Virus record (IMG/VR): IMGVR_UViG_2510065010_000001
Location: 1 to 64,000 of that record
Direction: 5' to 3' (one strand)
Origin: a virus
Lineage: Duplodnaviria; Caudoviricetes
DNA length: 64,000 nucleotides
The translations under genes and the position numbers were made by a program. The notes below the pieces were generated by a model. The model saw only the letters and a program-made list of their open reading frames with translations, was not told the origin of the DNA and did no database searches. The first letter of the stretch is position 1, and every line of letters starts with the position of its first letter. Below are positions 1 to 10,183 of the stretch, in pieces.

Positions 1-594
1 CTAACGCATACAATCGGTACAGTTCTCATCTCGTTTTCTGGTGTGGTAAGAGGTGGCTAAATAAGCTGTTGGAGTGACACCCTTATCAGCTTTTTGCATT
101 GCTCGGAAAACCCTGGCGGGGTCAACTAAGCTTTGATTAAATCTTAACTCAAAATGTAAGTGAGGACCGCTGGAGTTACCCGTTGATCCTGCTAACCCCA
201 AAGTGTCTCCAGCTTTTACTTCTTGTCCTTTCTGAACTGAAACTGCACTGAGGTGACAGTAACGATGATCCCACCGTCCTGACACCACGTAAACTTCTAA
301 GCCGCACCCACCCTGGTCTGTAGTAACAACGTCTTCAACTTTACCTTTCCACCAGTTGATTACGGGTTTACCAGTATCCACAGCTATGTCTATAGCACTG
401 TGGAATCCACCAGCTCTGTTTCCGAAAGGAGACGTGTACCCGACAAAATCCTGAAGTTTGATGGGAAACCGAGCATAACTCCAGTCTGTTTTACTAATAG
501 CAGCCTGGACTTGCAAAGTATCCCAGTTCAAAAAAAGTATAAGAGAAAGCGTCAGTAAAAAACTGGTTATAAATTTAAGCAGCCTGTTTTGCAT
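1..594 (-). CDS. M23 family metallopeptidase (peptidoglycan endopeptidase), secreted
   Basis: Signal peptide; HSAID, YCHLS and GNSSGPHLHFE M23 motifs. Confidence 0.9.
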   Translation of the reverse strand: MQNRLLKFITSFLLTLSLILFLNWDTLQVQAAISKTDWSYARFPIKLQDFVGYTSPFGNRAGGFHSAIDIAVDTGKPVINWWKGKVEDVVTTDQGGCGLEVYVVSGRWDHRYCHLSAVSVQKGQEVKAGDTLGLAGSTGNSSGPHLHFELRFNQSLVDPARVFRAMQKADKGVTPTAYLATSYHTRKRDENCTDCMR

Positions 595-1087
595 GAACGG
601 TGTGTGTATTCTGGTTACGAATTGCAGCCCACAGCCAGCTGCGTTCTATTTCACTTAATTGATCCTCAACTCGTGTATTTAACCACGAGTAAACAAAATC
701 GTATCCGTAGTCCTGGCACATAGGAGCTAAAACTTGTCTTAGACGGTCCGCATTCTGTGCACGACACGTTAATAAAACTAGTCCCATACTAGTTTCCAAT
801 GCGTTTGTACTTAAGAAAAACTCTTGAGTACGTGTCAGATAAAGAAATGGCAGCGACTCAACTGCTTTCTTGGAAGTTTGTTTAATCGTTCCAACAACTT
901 GATATTGTATTGCAGCAACTACTGAAACAACCAGTACTAAGGGTACTAAAACATTTCCGGCTAAGTAACCCAAAGCTCCGCCTGCGATAATCATGCAGGC
1001 TACAAATGCACCCAGTAAGTATATTAAAATCCACTGAGACGATACCCACTCGATAAGTGTGTTTGTATAAAGCTTTTGAGTAAACAT
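575..1087 (-). CDS. Membrane protein with 2 TM helices, hypothetical
   Basis: Two N-terminal hydrophobic segments; overlaps the M23 gene, so likely operonic. Confidence 0.7.
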   Translation of the reverse strand: MFTQKLYTNTLIEWVSSQWILIYLLGAFVACMIIAGGALGYLAGNVLVPLVLVVSVVAAIQYQVVGTIKQTSKKAVESLPFLYLTRTQEFFLSTNALETSMGLVLLTCRAQNADRLRQVLAPMCQDYGYDFVYSWLNTRVEDQLSEIERSWLWAAIRNQNTHTVHAKQAA

Positions 1088-1089
1088 TT

Positions 1090-2136
1090 TCAGGAACGCT
1101 TAAAACTTTTATATCCTTCTAGATAAACGTTATCATCCATTGAGGGTGTTGCGCCAGCTGCGGCGTCCAATCTGCCTTGCGTCCAAAGAACAGCTTTAAT
1201 TTTTTGCTCAGTTAAAGGCAGTCTGGTGACTGAGCGTAATTGAGCTTCGAAACGGTATGGGTTTTGGTCTAAAGCAGGACGATACGATACAGGTTGAAAT
1301 GATGTTGGGCGCACTCCAGCCAACCATTTATCCAACGCTTGTGTCATCATGGTCATTCGTCTCTTTTGATCGGTACGTAACCAATATTCAGATACAAACG
1401 TCGTATCGTAGCTTCCCGTATCAGGATTAATAAATGCTTTTGTTCTTGCCTCTAAGATAGCTTCGTCACCCTTTAACCCCTTAGATTTCGCTTCTTTTAG
1501 CCGATCAAAGTAGTTGCCTCGACTATAGCCAAAGCTACCTCCGTTTCCGTCTCCACTACAACCAGATGAACAATAACCAATGCAAAGGGGAGCTTGGTTG
1601 ACCACATCAATTGCGTTATAAACTTCGGCGTCTGAAAGATTATCCGAAGCTATCTTCGGTTTAATAAGTTGATGATAGAAAGCTTTTAGTTTACCGTATT
1701 GTCTTTTGTCTGCTTCATGAGGACTTAGATTATCAGCATTTCCAAATTGATATGAAAAGGCACCCCTGTTATGCACCCCATTACCGGGGTCGGTGTGTCC
1801 GTCATAATTAGGAGTTGTGTTTCCATTAATATCGACACACCCCTCGGCAGCACCCACTAAGCGCCAAACTAATGATTTTTGCACAGGTTCATCCACCCAC
1901 AAGTCTGCTTCAGTAAATCTAAATCCTTGTGGATTATTTTTTTGTTCTGGGTGTTTCTGGACTTTCTCTTTTTTCTGATTGTTCTGACTAGGAATTGGAA
2001 CAATAGAGTTTAAGGTACTAGTTTTATTAAACTGGTCTGACATTGTATGTAAAACTATTACACCAATTGCGCCACCAGCTAACCCTTCTAGAAACTTACG
2101 CCGTTTAACTGTGGTTGAATAACTGCTGTAAATCAT
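1090..2136 (-). CDS. Secreted or anchored lysozyme-like putative cell-wall hydrolase (cyanobacterial GHxDPGNG family)
   Basis: KRRKFL plus TM N-terminus; GAAEG...YDGHTDPGNG..NRGAFSYQ motif; function inferred. Confidence 0.55.
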   Translation of the reverse strand: MIYSSYSTTVKRRKFLEGLAGGAIGVIVLHTMSDQFNKTSTLNSIVPIPSQNNQKKEKVQKHPEQKNNPQGFRFTEADLWVDEPVQKSLVWRLVGAAEGCVDINGNTTPNYDGHTDPGNGVHNRGAFSYQFGNADNLSPHEADKRQYGKLKAFYHQLIKPKIASDNLSDAEVYNAIDVVNQAPLCIGYCSSGCSGDGNGGSFGYSRGNYFDRLKEAKSKGLKGDEAILEARTKAFINPDTGSYDTTFVSEYWLRTDQKRRMTMMTQALDKWLAGVRPTSFQPVSYRPALDQNPYRFEAQLRSVTRLPLTEQKIKAVLWTQGRLDAAAGATPSMDDNVYLEGYKSFKRS

Positions 2137-2154
2137 CTTTTGACTACGTAGAAC

Positions 2155-2952
2155 TTACTTAATTTTTTTAAGCTCAGCTTCCACTTGAGCAACTGGAATA
2201 GCAATAGCCTTTCCGACACCTCCTGAAGCAGAGTTCATGCCCACAACCATTCCAGTTTCATTCAACAGAGGACCGCCTGAATTTCCTGGATTTATTAGGC
2301 TGTTGTGGGCGATCACGTTAGTTAACTGGGATACAGCTCTCCCTTTGTACCTAATAGAAGGTATTACATCTACGATTTTACCCACAGAAATGTTGATGCC
2401 TAGTCCAAAAGGATTACCGATACTTACTATTAATTGATCTCTTTGAAAACCCGATAACCCCAACGTTTTGCAAGGACAATCATGTTTAACGAACGCAATA
2501 TCATTGTCTTCAGACTGATGTATAACAGTTCCTTTGCAACGCTTGTTATTTCCAAAGTTAGTTAGCTCAACAGTAGAGTTACCCATAACCACATGCTTGT
2601 TAGTAACCACCAGGTCTTGGCTGATTGACCAACCACTACCTATCTCTCCATTAGCATTTATTGCAAATACTCCTTCTAACGATTTATTCACCACTTGAGA
2701 AATAACTTTAGTTTTATCTCCTGAGATAGTCACTGCTGCCTGGTTTAATCCAGGTATGTTTGGTGCATCCACTTTTGGAGGATCTACTAAAGTGTTGGAG
2801 CCTGGAACAACTTGTGCAAACTTATCCTTAATACTTTGTAAGAATGCAAGGTCTAAAAGTACTGATGTGTCTCCATGAAGATACAATACCGTGCCAGCAG
2901 TTATTGCTGAGCATATTAATAAAGTGTTGCGTCTAGATTTGATACTCATCAT
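2155..2952 (-). CDS. Trypsin-like S1C serine protease without PDZ domain
   Basis: GSGW, VTNKHVV, DIA and NPGNSGGPL triad motifs; N-terminal anchor. Confidence 0.9.
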   Translation of the reverse strand: MMSIKSRRNTLLICSAITAGTVLYLHGDTSVLLDLAFLQSIKDKFAQVVPGSNTLVDPPKVDAPNIPGLNQAAVTISGDKTKVISQVVNKSLEGVFAINANGEIGSGWSISQDLVVTNKHVVMGNSTVELTNFGNNKRCKGTVIHQSEDNDIAFVKHDCPCKTLGLSGFQRDQLIVSIGNPFGLGINISVGKIVDVIPSIRYKGRAVSQLTNVIAHNSLINPGNSGGPLLNETGMVVGMNSASGGVGKAIAIPVAQVEAELKKIK

Positions 2953-4928
2953 GTTTTATTTGCCATGTTTCGGACAATCTGCTCCACCGCTTGTTGTTGA
3001 GCTGGGACAGGATTATTAGGTTTTTGTGTAGCTTGTGGAACAACTTGCTGAACAGGCTGTTTATTGGTTTGTGTTGTTTTATTAGTTGCTTGCGGCTTTT
3101 TTGGAAGTTGGGGTAACTGAGGGACAGGTTCTTTTAACTGGTCAGTAACCGCTGGTTTAACCTTGGAATATAAAGTCTTTAACTCTTCTACCGTTCTTTG
3201 TAACAGATTTTCACTTAGAAAACCTATCTGTGCTCGAACTGGTGGTCTTCCGAAGTAATAAACCCAGCTGTCACCTTTACCAACAAGTTGTGAGCCAATC
3301 TTACCATCTGAATTCTTCTCATCAAAGATATACATGGATGCGTGTGGGGTAGAATGCAACACAACTCTAGTTGGACACATATCCCGAACATCTGTAGTAA
3401 TAGATTCTTCAGTGGGGGTATGTGCTCCGATCGCCCATAAAATTCCGTTAGAACTAGTTGTTCTAGTTCCTTCTTCTAAGAGGTCATCTATTTCTTTTGA
3501 GAATTGCTTTGTTTGTCGGTATTTTAGAGTGTCAATCTCTTCAAGAACAACAAACCAGATCGGCATGGGTGGTAGCCCTTTTTCAATCCTACGTTTGTTG
3601 TACGACCAAATGTTGTCTACACCTTCTGCCGAAAAGATTTTATCTCTGCGGGAGTACTCCTTAGCAATCAGATGCAAAACTTGATAGGCGCGTTCAACAG
3701 TAGTAATTACTTCACCGTTCCATAAGTGCGGTAACCCCTGAAAGGGGGAGAAGCTTTTTAGTCTTAAGTCGATTGCGATAACCGAAACCCACTGTGGTTC
3801 GTACTTAAGGCACACCTGCAGGAGAATTTGTCTAGCAAGGTTAGACTTACCAGATCTTGTAATACCTGCGTAGAGTATTGGTTGCTCAAACGATACGTAG
3901 ATTCGTGTGTTCTGAAGGTCCACCCCAATCGGAAATTTAGGAGGCTGGGATGGGTCTGCCATCACAACTCTTCGTTGCTGATCGAAATTTAATAAGGAAG
4001 TAAATGGGCAATGCTCCCAATACTCTTCGGGTTTTGGTACTTGAACCTCAAATACTCCCCTTAACCCAGCAATAATTGTAGGCTTGGGAATACCGAGGTA
4101 CTGCATTCCCATTTGCACTGCTTCCCCGGACATTGCACGAAACCGGGTGAAATCTTGCAGCTTACATCTAAAAATAAAACGGATTACTCGTAAGTGTATA
4201 ACTACTACGGGGTTGCCCAACTCATCTAATGCGGGTTGAACCGTAGGAAAGTTTAATGAGTTAAATACCAACTGCATCGAATAAGACAATTGGCGTAATA
4301 AGTTTATATCGTTGCAATGTTGGTCTAAATCAATCTGGATAATTTCTTTTTCGGGTAACACAATATCGCTTGGTGGTCTATGCGCCAAAGCTCCAGGAGA
4401 ATTTGTAGAAATTTGCTTATTGCTTTCTTGATTTGAACTTAGAGAAGTTGTAGGAGCAGGAGCAGACATCGGTGGTTGCTGCAAAGCAGTAGTATTTTGC
4501 TGAGTCGTAGCCCTTGTGTTTTGGTCACTGGAGCTTGTCGAATTAGTTACAAAATTTTGAATTTTAGAGTTGGCAACTTTTTTACCAACTCTCTCAACAA
4601 TATGTTTAGGTAGTTGAAATAAATGAATCCAGTTTTCTATATCCTTCATCGCTCGTTCACGTTCTGACTCCGAATTCGCTCTGTAAGCAGATTCATATAG
4701 AACCTGTAAACCTTCTGCGATGAAGGCGTCAGCTGAGCAGTTAGAAGTTAATATTCGACTCCCAAATTCTCGTAGAGTTGCAACCTTGTTAGGACTGCTT
4801 TGCACAGCAATACGCATCTCGCGGAGCAACTGAGATTCACTTTCGACGGTTTGTAGATTAGGTAAGGACTCAGGCTGTGGCACAGCCTGAGTCCTTCTGA
4901 GTAGAGAATTAAGCACGTCCACCAGCAA
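2949..4928 (-). CDS. FtsK/SpoIIIE-family ATPase
   Basis: PIGVD, Walker A AGITRSGKS, IDLR, R..IF...GV.NI..YN, Walker B VVLEE, PTRV and L.GKGD motifs; no TM or gamma domain seen. Confidence 0.88.
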   Translation of the reverse strand: MLVDVLNSLLRRTQAVPQPESLPNLQTVESESQLLREMRIAVQSSPNKVATLREFGSRILTSNCSADAFIAEGLQVLYESAYRANSESERERAMKDIENWIHLFQLPKHIVERVGKKVANSKIQNFVTNSTSSSDQNTRATTQQNTTALQQPPMSAPAPTTSLSSNQESNKQISTNSPGALAHRPPSDIVLPEKEIIQIDLDQHCNDINLLRQLSYSMQLVFNSLNFPTVQPALDELGNPVVVIHLRVIRFIFRCKLQDFTRFRAMSGEAVQMGMQYLGIPKPTIIAGLRGVFEVQVPKPEEYWEHCPFTSLLNFDQQRRVVMADPSQPPKFPIGVDLQNTRIYVSFEQPILYAGITRSGKSNLARQILLQVCLKYEPQWVSVIAIDLRLKSFSPFQGLPHLWNGEVITTVERAYQVLHLIAKEYSRRDKIFSAEGVDNIWSYNKRRIEKGLPPMPIWFVVLEEIDTLKYRQTKQFSKEIDDLLEEGTRTTSSNGILWAIGAHTPTEESITTDVRDMCPTRVVLHSTPHASMYIFDEKNSDGKIGSQLVGKGDSWVYYFGRPPVRAQIGFLSENLLQRTVEELKTLYSKVKPAVTDQLKEPVPQLPQLPKKPQATNKTTQTNKQPVQQVVPQATQKPNNPVPAQQQAVEQIVRNMANKT

Positions 4929-4929
4929 A

Positions 4930-5586
4930 TTAAAAGTGCAAAATAACTCCTAACCCATAAGCTATTAAACTGTACAGGAAGGGTTTTCTTAATCGTTTCA
5001 ACCAATTAACATTTTCAGCATAGAAAAGGATGAATCCACCGATTATGGCTACTGCGATCCATAGGTGTAAGTTTAACAATAGAGCGTTTAGTTCGAGTGA
5101 AAACTTGCTTACTTTTCGTAGTATTGCAATTACTAAGTAGTAGAACCCGATGTGCAGATGATGCTGATTTTCACTAAAAGTAGTTTGAGGTTTCTTTTTA
5201 GATAGCTTCGGTTTGGTTTCTTCTTCTTTTGCTTCGTTTTTTCGAAACCTACCTAAAAAGTTTGGAAACGCCCCTTTAGATTGCTCCTCTTCAGAAGCAT
5301 TTACATCAGTTTCTTGTTTTGGTTGTTCAGGTTTTGGAGTTGGCGTAAACGTAGAGTTGACTGGAGACTGAATTGGAGGTCTGCGTGGGATAGTCCCACG
5401 AGAAGGTGTTGCACCAGAAGCTTCTGTTCTATTAGGAATTGGAGCACTCTGCGGTGAACGAGGAGACTCGTATTCAATAGTTACAGCCTCCGTTGAAATC
5501 GTCTCAAACCCATTGTCTACAAATCCTCGCAGGAACTCCTCACTACGTTCCAGTCTATTTTTATTATTATCAGCTTTGCTTTGCAT
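4930..5586 (-). CDS. Membrane protein with Pro-rich N-terminus and C-terminal TM helices
   Basis: Hydrophobic C-terminal segments; 1 nt from the FtsK start. Confidence 0.7.
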   Translation of the reverse strand: MQSKADNNKNRLERSEEFLRGFVDNGFETISTEAVTIEYESPRSPQSAPIPNRTEASGATPSRGTIPRRPPIQSPVNSTFTPTPKPEQPKQETDVNASEEEQSKGAFPNFLGRFRKNEAKEEETKPKLSKKKPQTTFSENQHHLHIGFYYLVIAILRKVSKFSLELNALLLNLHLWIAVAIIGGFILFYAENVNWLKRLRKPFLYSLIAYGLGVILHF

Positions 5587-5600
5587 ATACGATTTAAGGA

Positions 5601-6389
5601 TTACTGCAAACTAGGAGGTTCATCTGGTGGAGTACCTGTTCCTTCTTTCGACTTAGGTTGCTCTTTCTTTTCTGCAGGCACTTCTTTCTTTTCTAAAGCA
5701 GCGGGGGGAGTCGGAGGTTTTTTAATTTTAGGAGAAGTCAGAATAGCTAATAACAACCCTCCTACCAAAAGTGCAACAGCTATGCCATACAGTCTTGGGT
5801 GGCGTAACAGAAGATAATCAATGAACCCTGTCACTCTTGCATAAAGGTTTTTATTTTGAGTGGCAGCACCAGGAGGAGCAACTAAGTTAGAAAGTTCACT
5901 AACTACAGTGTGAGCTTGTGCCGTTACGTCTTGATAATGTCGTTCTACATTTGTTGGTAGTTCATACGGTGGTGATTGGTAAACAGGTTGAGAGGACGTA
6001 CTGACTGGAGCATCATAGAGGGGAAAAGATGCTGGGTGAGGCTGAGCATAATTTTGATACTCATGTTGATGATGTGGTTGTTGTTGGTAAACAGGTTCCT
6101 GTTGGTAAACAGGTTGTTGGAACTCAGACCGGGCAGGTGGTAGTGCAGCAGTAGGTTGAGCACCTGCTAACATTCTTCCAGCATTGAGATAGGTGGCTTG
6201 CTGGTAGACCTCCGCAAGTGTTGCAAGTTGCTGAACGTGCTCTTTATAACGATGCTGAGAAGAATTTGATAGCTCTTTCATCTCTTGTCGTCTGGAAAGC
6301 AGCACGTCAATTTCTACTACGTCGCCCTTAAATTCGATGGTCTGACCATCATACTTCAGCTCCATCATTACCTCCCCAGGCATCCTCAT
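5601..6389 (-). CDS. Q/P-rich single-TM membrane protein
   Basis: QQPVYQ repeats; TM segment near the C-terminus. Confidence 0.7.
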   Translation of the reverse strand: MRMPGEVMMELKYDGQTIEFKGDVVEIDVLLSRRQEMKELSNSSQHRYKEHVQQLATLAEVYQQATYLNAGRMLAGAQPTAALPPARSEFQQPVYQQEPVYQQQPHHQHEYQNYAQPHPASFPLYDAPVSTSSQPVYQSPPYELPTNVERHYQDVTAQAHTVVSELSNLVAPPGAATQNKNLYARVTGFIDYLLLRHPRLYGIAVALLVGGLLLAILTSPKIKKPPTPPAALEKKEVPAEKKEQPKSKEGTGTPPDEPPSLQ

Positions 6390-7023
6390 CCTCTATAAAT
6401 CGCGCCGGAGTTAACGGCTGGTCCTCAGTGATTTTCTGATTACCGTTATTAATAGCGGGTGCCAATCTCTCGTGCGTCTCAGCAAAGTTAGGTTTATCAA
6501 CAGATGTCGCTGCTGTATTAATAGTCTGAGCTGAAGGTAAAGCTTGAGTCGGACGCTCTGACATTTTCTGTAATATGCTTTGAGTTTCTTCAGACAATCC
6601 TACTTCCAGCCGCAAATTGTTTGGGAACTGGTTTGTAACGTAGTTAGCTGGTTGACTGGACTGTAGAAGTACCTCGTCTTCGTCCTCACCTTTGCTTTTT
6701 ATTACTATCAACGAACTAAGCCAACCAATTGTAGCCCCGCCTGCGCACAGTAGCATCCAAGTAAACGGCGTCGTCGGTTTATTATCAGGTCGAATACAAA
6801 GTGCAGCTAGAAGTCCAAGACTACCAGCAGCGATAATCCTAAATCCGGCTTGGATGGTGATTGGTTTTTTCATAGCGGTTGGCGGCAGTGTTTGTAAGGT
6901 TTGAAAACTATGCACACTTACTACTGCTTTTGTTTCCGGGTAGCAGGGCAGTGGGTTGTGTGTAGGGACTAAGTTTATTGGATGCCTTTGGTAATTCAGG
7001 TAAGGCACTTCGAAAGTTGGCAT
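6349..7023 (-). CDS. Membrane protein with 2 TM helices (true start probably MKKP near 6873)
   Basis: Two hydrophobic segments; operonic position. Confidence 0.65.
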   Translation of the reverse strand: MPTFEVPYLNYQRHPINLVPTHNPLPCYPETKAVVSVHSFQTLQTLPPTAMKKPITIQAGFRIIAAGSLGLLAALCIRPDNKPTTPFTWMLLCAGGATIGWLSSLIVIKSKGEDEDEVLLQSSQPANYVTNQFPNNLRLEVGLSEETQSILQKMSERPTQALPSAQTINTAATSVDKPNFAETHERLAPAINNGNQKITEDQPLTPARFIEDEDAWGGNDGAEV

Positions 7024-7579
7024 CCCAGATGGAATTTAGCACCTCCTCTTTAGTTAAAGCTTGATTTTCAAACCGAGTAGGTGGGTGCTCTTTATTTAGG
7101 ATTATGTACTTCTGGAGAGCTTCGCTTGGGATTAAAGACGCTCGGTGATGTAGGTGGAGAGCAACTTGATCTGTAAACTTGTCTATTACCTCTGACTGAG
7201 TTTGGATCAACTCGTTTGCTTGCTCGATGTATCCCCCTATTGTTTGCCCTATGGCATTACTTAATAGAGCAAGACCGGAATTTGGTCCAGAAGAATCTTC
7301 AAAAACATTAGGGTCAGCTTTTTCCGAATTTGCTTTCCCTAACCCTTGGATATAATCTAAGGTTTCTCTGATGGTGCTAAACGCTTCTGTATTTTTCACA
7401 GATATCACATTACGAATAGTATCAATGTCTGCCTGCTTAAAATTACTTTTGTTGCCTACAATCAACAGGATGTCTTCTTCACTTACTCCTGTTATTTCAG
7501 CAACTTGACTAACAGCGTACATCTGCGGTCCTCTCATATTTCTCTCAATTGGTAAAGTAGCTGCGGCTTCATTCAGCAT
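6908..7579 (-). CDS. Putative HTH DNA-binding protein (MerR/excisionase-like N-terminus)
   Basis: YAVSQVAEITGVSEEDI HTH-like motif followed by a helical region; first gene of the operon. Confidence 0.55.
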   Translation of the reverse strand: MLNEAAATLPIERNMRGPQMYAVSQVAEITGVSEEDILLIVGNKSNFKQADIDTIRNVISVKNTEAFSTIRETLDYIQGLGKANSEKADPNVFEDSSGPNSGLALLSNAIGQTIGGYIEQANELIQTQSEVIDKFTDQVALHLHHRASLIPSEALQKYIILNKEHPPTRFENQALTKEEVLNSIWDANFRSALPELPKASNKLSPYTQPTALLPGNKSSSKCA

Positions 7580-7598
7580 AATCTGTATTGCCGCAGAA

Positions 7599-8030
7599 AT
7601 GCAATCCTGTAGTGTCTTTTTTGAGGCAATAATGTTATATGTTGGAAGTCACTGCGAAAACGAGAACCAATATACCTGTATGGAAGACGTGTTAGAGTTG
7701 CTGAATTCTGCAGAAAGATCTGCGGTTATTAAACATTTAGATACTAGGTTTTATATCAAACCAGATAGGATGACTCATCTCAATTTAATAAAGTGGGCTT
7801 ACATTAAAGGTAGATCTAAAAGTGAACGGGCTGAACACACGATCGAAAGTGGTTTGCACCATGTATTCGGTGATGTTTTGCAAGAAGAGATAGAAACTTT
7901 CAGTAAAGTGTCCGGGTTAGATGAGACTTCATTAATGCAGCAGGCTCTCCTTAAACACCTTACTGGAGTAAAAGAATTTGATAGCTGGGAGCTGGATACA
8001 CAAACGAATTTATATATCCGAAAAAAATGA
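7599..8030 (+). CDS. Hypothetical protein, divergent from the FtsK operon
   Basis: 143-aa ORF followed by a terminator hairpin. Confidence 0.55.
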   Translation: MQSCSVFFEAIMLYVGSHCENENQYTCMEDVLELLNSAERSAVIKHLDTRFYIKPDRMTHLNLIKWAYIKGRSKSERAEHTIESGLHHVFGDVLQEEIETFSKVSGLDETSLMQQALLKHLTGVKEFDSWELDTQTNLYIRKK

Positions 8031-8069
8031 AAATAAGAAAGGGCACTTAGTAAGTGCCCTTTCTTATTT
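8031..8069. terminator. Bidirectional terminator-like palindrome
   Basis: 19-bp perfect arms with a 1-nt spacer between convergent genes. Confidence 0.8.
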
Positions 8070-8080
8070 GTTAGAAAAAT

Positions 8081-8506
8081 CTAAGTCAAATCTGCCTCAT
8101 CTATACATTTGTCATCTTCGTCGTACCACTCAATCCATTCGTACTCTTGCTTATCTTCGTTGAACTCGTAAAGTTCTAATCCACCAGCATTTGCTGCAAT
8201 AAATTCATCTCCTAACGCAAGGTCATACATCGCCAAAATATTAAGGATTATTTTCGCTTGCTGAGGACTCTCTACATAAAAGTGAAAACCTTTAGCAGGG
8301 GGATTGGGTATCCGCCACACTCTTAATTTTCCTATAAGTACTTTTTCAGACTCTTCTTCTTCTCCAAACCCATCATAAATCGTAGAGACTAAATAATCAT
8401 CATACATAGTTAGGAGAACTTCACCCATTATTTTCTCTTCATTAGAGTTTATAGGGTGTGAAAAAAGAATTTCAGGTTTTAGTTTTGATTTGTGGACAAT
8501 TTTCAT
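8081..8506 (-). CDS. Phage-type hypothetical protein
   Basis: LRVWRIP...NAGGLE...W.EWYD motif typical of small phage proteins. Confidence 0.65.
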   Translation of the reverse strand: MKIVHKSKLKPEILFSHPINSNEEKIMGEVLLTMYDDYLVSTIYDGFGEEEESEKVLIGKLRVWRIPNPPAKGFHFYVESPQQAKIILNILAMYDLALGDEFIAANAGGLELYEFNEDKQEYEWIEWYDEDDKCIDEADLT

Positions 8507-8718
8507 CAGGTTTTGTGAACGATAACAATCATTGAAAACGTTCCGTTAAGGAACTAATTTTGAAAGGCTGACAGCTATAGCTGGATACTACACAATAACT
8601 GCCTTATGTTTCTCACAAATGGAGTAGACACATTCCTCTCCACGATCTCTTAGGGAGGTAATTGCGTTAATCACTAAAGTTAAAGTATCCTGCTTAGCCA
8701 TTAAACGCTCCACAGAGT

Positions 8719-9975
8719 TCAAGATTTTACTACTGATACCAAAGTTTCCGGGTCTAACTGAAAAGTCTCCCCTATACTATTCACAACACCTGCTTCGGTC
8801 AACTCGAAAACGTCTTGGATTGATGTTAGCTCTAAGTCGCCTCCAACTTTACCAATAACCTGAGGTGTCATAAACTGTTCGCCAATCTTTACTAATTTGA
8901 GTGGTTTTAGACCAAACCCGGCGGCAGGTTTATGTCCACCTCCACCAAATCTCTTAGCGATTCTGTTGGCGCGAACCGTACCATTTGTACGAATGCTAAA
9001 CCCATAGCTGTTATCTGGGTAAGTTTTCCAGGTGACTGCAACAGGAGCATCCAAAGTCTCTAACAGGTAGTGTCCTACATGAGAGTGATAGATAGAAGCA
9101 TAAACATAGGGATACTGCACTCCATCAATGGTGATTGTGTGGATTTCTCTACACATATCTTTTACAGCAGCACGTTGCTTTTCAATCGCGGGTTTACCAA
9201 GTTGAATTAACCTTTCGATTCCATCTGGATCTTTTATTAACTCTTCGAAGCATCGGACTGCAAGCATTGGATCTTTTTGGTTTAATACTCTTTGCTCCAA
9301 GCTATTTGTATTAATCCCAACATAAGTCTGGTACCAAAGGTCATACTGCCCTGCGTTTACTTCCTCTGAGAAAGGCATTCTCCAAACCCAGCGATCGCGA
9401 TCATCTACATACTGAATAAGTTCTGGTGGTGTTGTCCAGTGGAATTCTTTCCACGCAAGATAAGCACCGGACCGTCTCATGTCTACATTAATAGATAGAA
9501 GGCTATCTTTTTGGCGATAAGTATAACTCAACGCCTCAAGTCCGTTCTGGTCTATCCAGTCTTCTACACAAGCAGTTAACTCAGCAGTAACAGGTTGATT
9601 TTTAATTTTTGTAGTTAACAAGTCATACAACGGGAAGAAAGAATCATCATCTTTAACGATGACCTTGTTCAATGACATTTCAGTGAAATTCAGTTTTGCT
9701 GCCAGGATTATCGCTTCTACTAAGGCTGACTCGTGATGGTCGATTACGGTAACCGAGCTGCCCTGACTCAACAATTCTAAATACTCATCGCCAGGGCGTG
9801 ACATGTCCAGAAAATACACCTGTGCACCTGGGTTAATAGGTGGAAGTGGTTCTTGGTAATTAATAAGGTGGTATTCTGCTCTGTCTTCAAAATATCGATA
9901 GGCTGCATAGATGCTGGCGGCACCATCTGGGCAGTCAAAGTGGCTAAGAACTACTGTCTTCTGTGGTTGTGACAT
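8719..9975 (-). CDS. DHH/DHHA1 phosphoesterase (phage NrnB-like)
   Basis: HFDCPDG, IDHH and GGGGHKPAAG motifs. Confidence 0.9.
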   Translation of the reverse strand: MSQPQKTVVLSHFDCPDGAASIYAAYRYFEDRAEYHLINYQEPLPPINPGAQVYFLDMSRPGDEYLELLSQGSSVTVIDHHESALVEAIILAAKLNFTEMSLNKVIVKDDDSFFPLYDLLTTKIKNQPVTAELTACVEDWIDQNGLEALSYTYRQKDSLLSINVDMRRSGAYLAWKEFHWTTPPELIQYVDDRDRWVWRMPFSEEVNAGQYDLWYQTYVGINTNSLEQRVLNQKDPMLAVRCFEELIKDPDGIERLIQLGKPAIEKQRAAVKDMCREIHTITIDGVQYPYVYASIYHSHVGHYLLETLDAPVAVTWKTYPDNSYGFSIRTNGTVRANRIAKRFGGGGHKPAAGFGLKPLKLVKIGEQFMTPQVIGKVGGDLELTSIQDVFELTEAGVVNSIGETFQLDPETLVSVVKS

Positions 9976-10183
9976 TTTGTTGTTTCAGATAATGGGACGC
10001 CCAAACTGCTAGCTGAATACGGTTCATGTCAGTTTTATTAAATATGGTGTTAATGTGACTTTTAACTGTGTGAACACCCACATAAAGCTTGGAAGCTATG
10101 TCCTTGTTGGACAGTCCTTCCATTACAAGCTCTAAAATCTCTAGTTCTCGCTTGGTTAACGCAACTTTAAGGTCGGTTTTCAT
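9944..10183 (-). CDS. LuxR-type HTH regulator (standalone)
   Basis: LTKRELEILELVMEGLSNKDIA...TVKSH. Confidence 0.9.
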   Translation of the reverse strand: MKTDLKVALTKRELEILELVMEGLSNKDIASKLYVGVHTVKSHINTIFNKTDMNRIQLAVWASHYLKQQNVTTTEDSSS

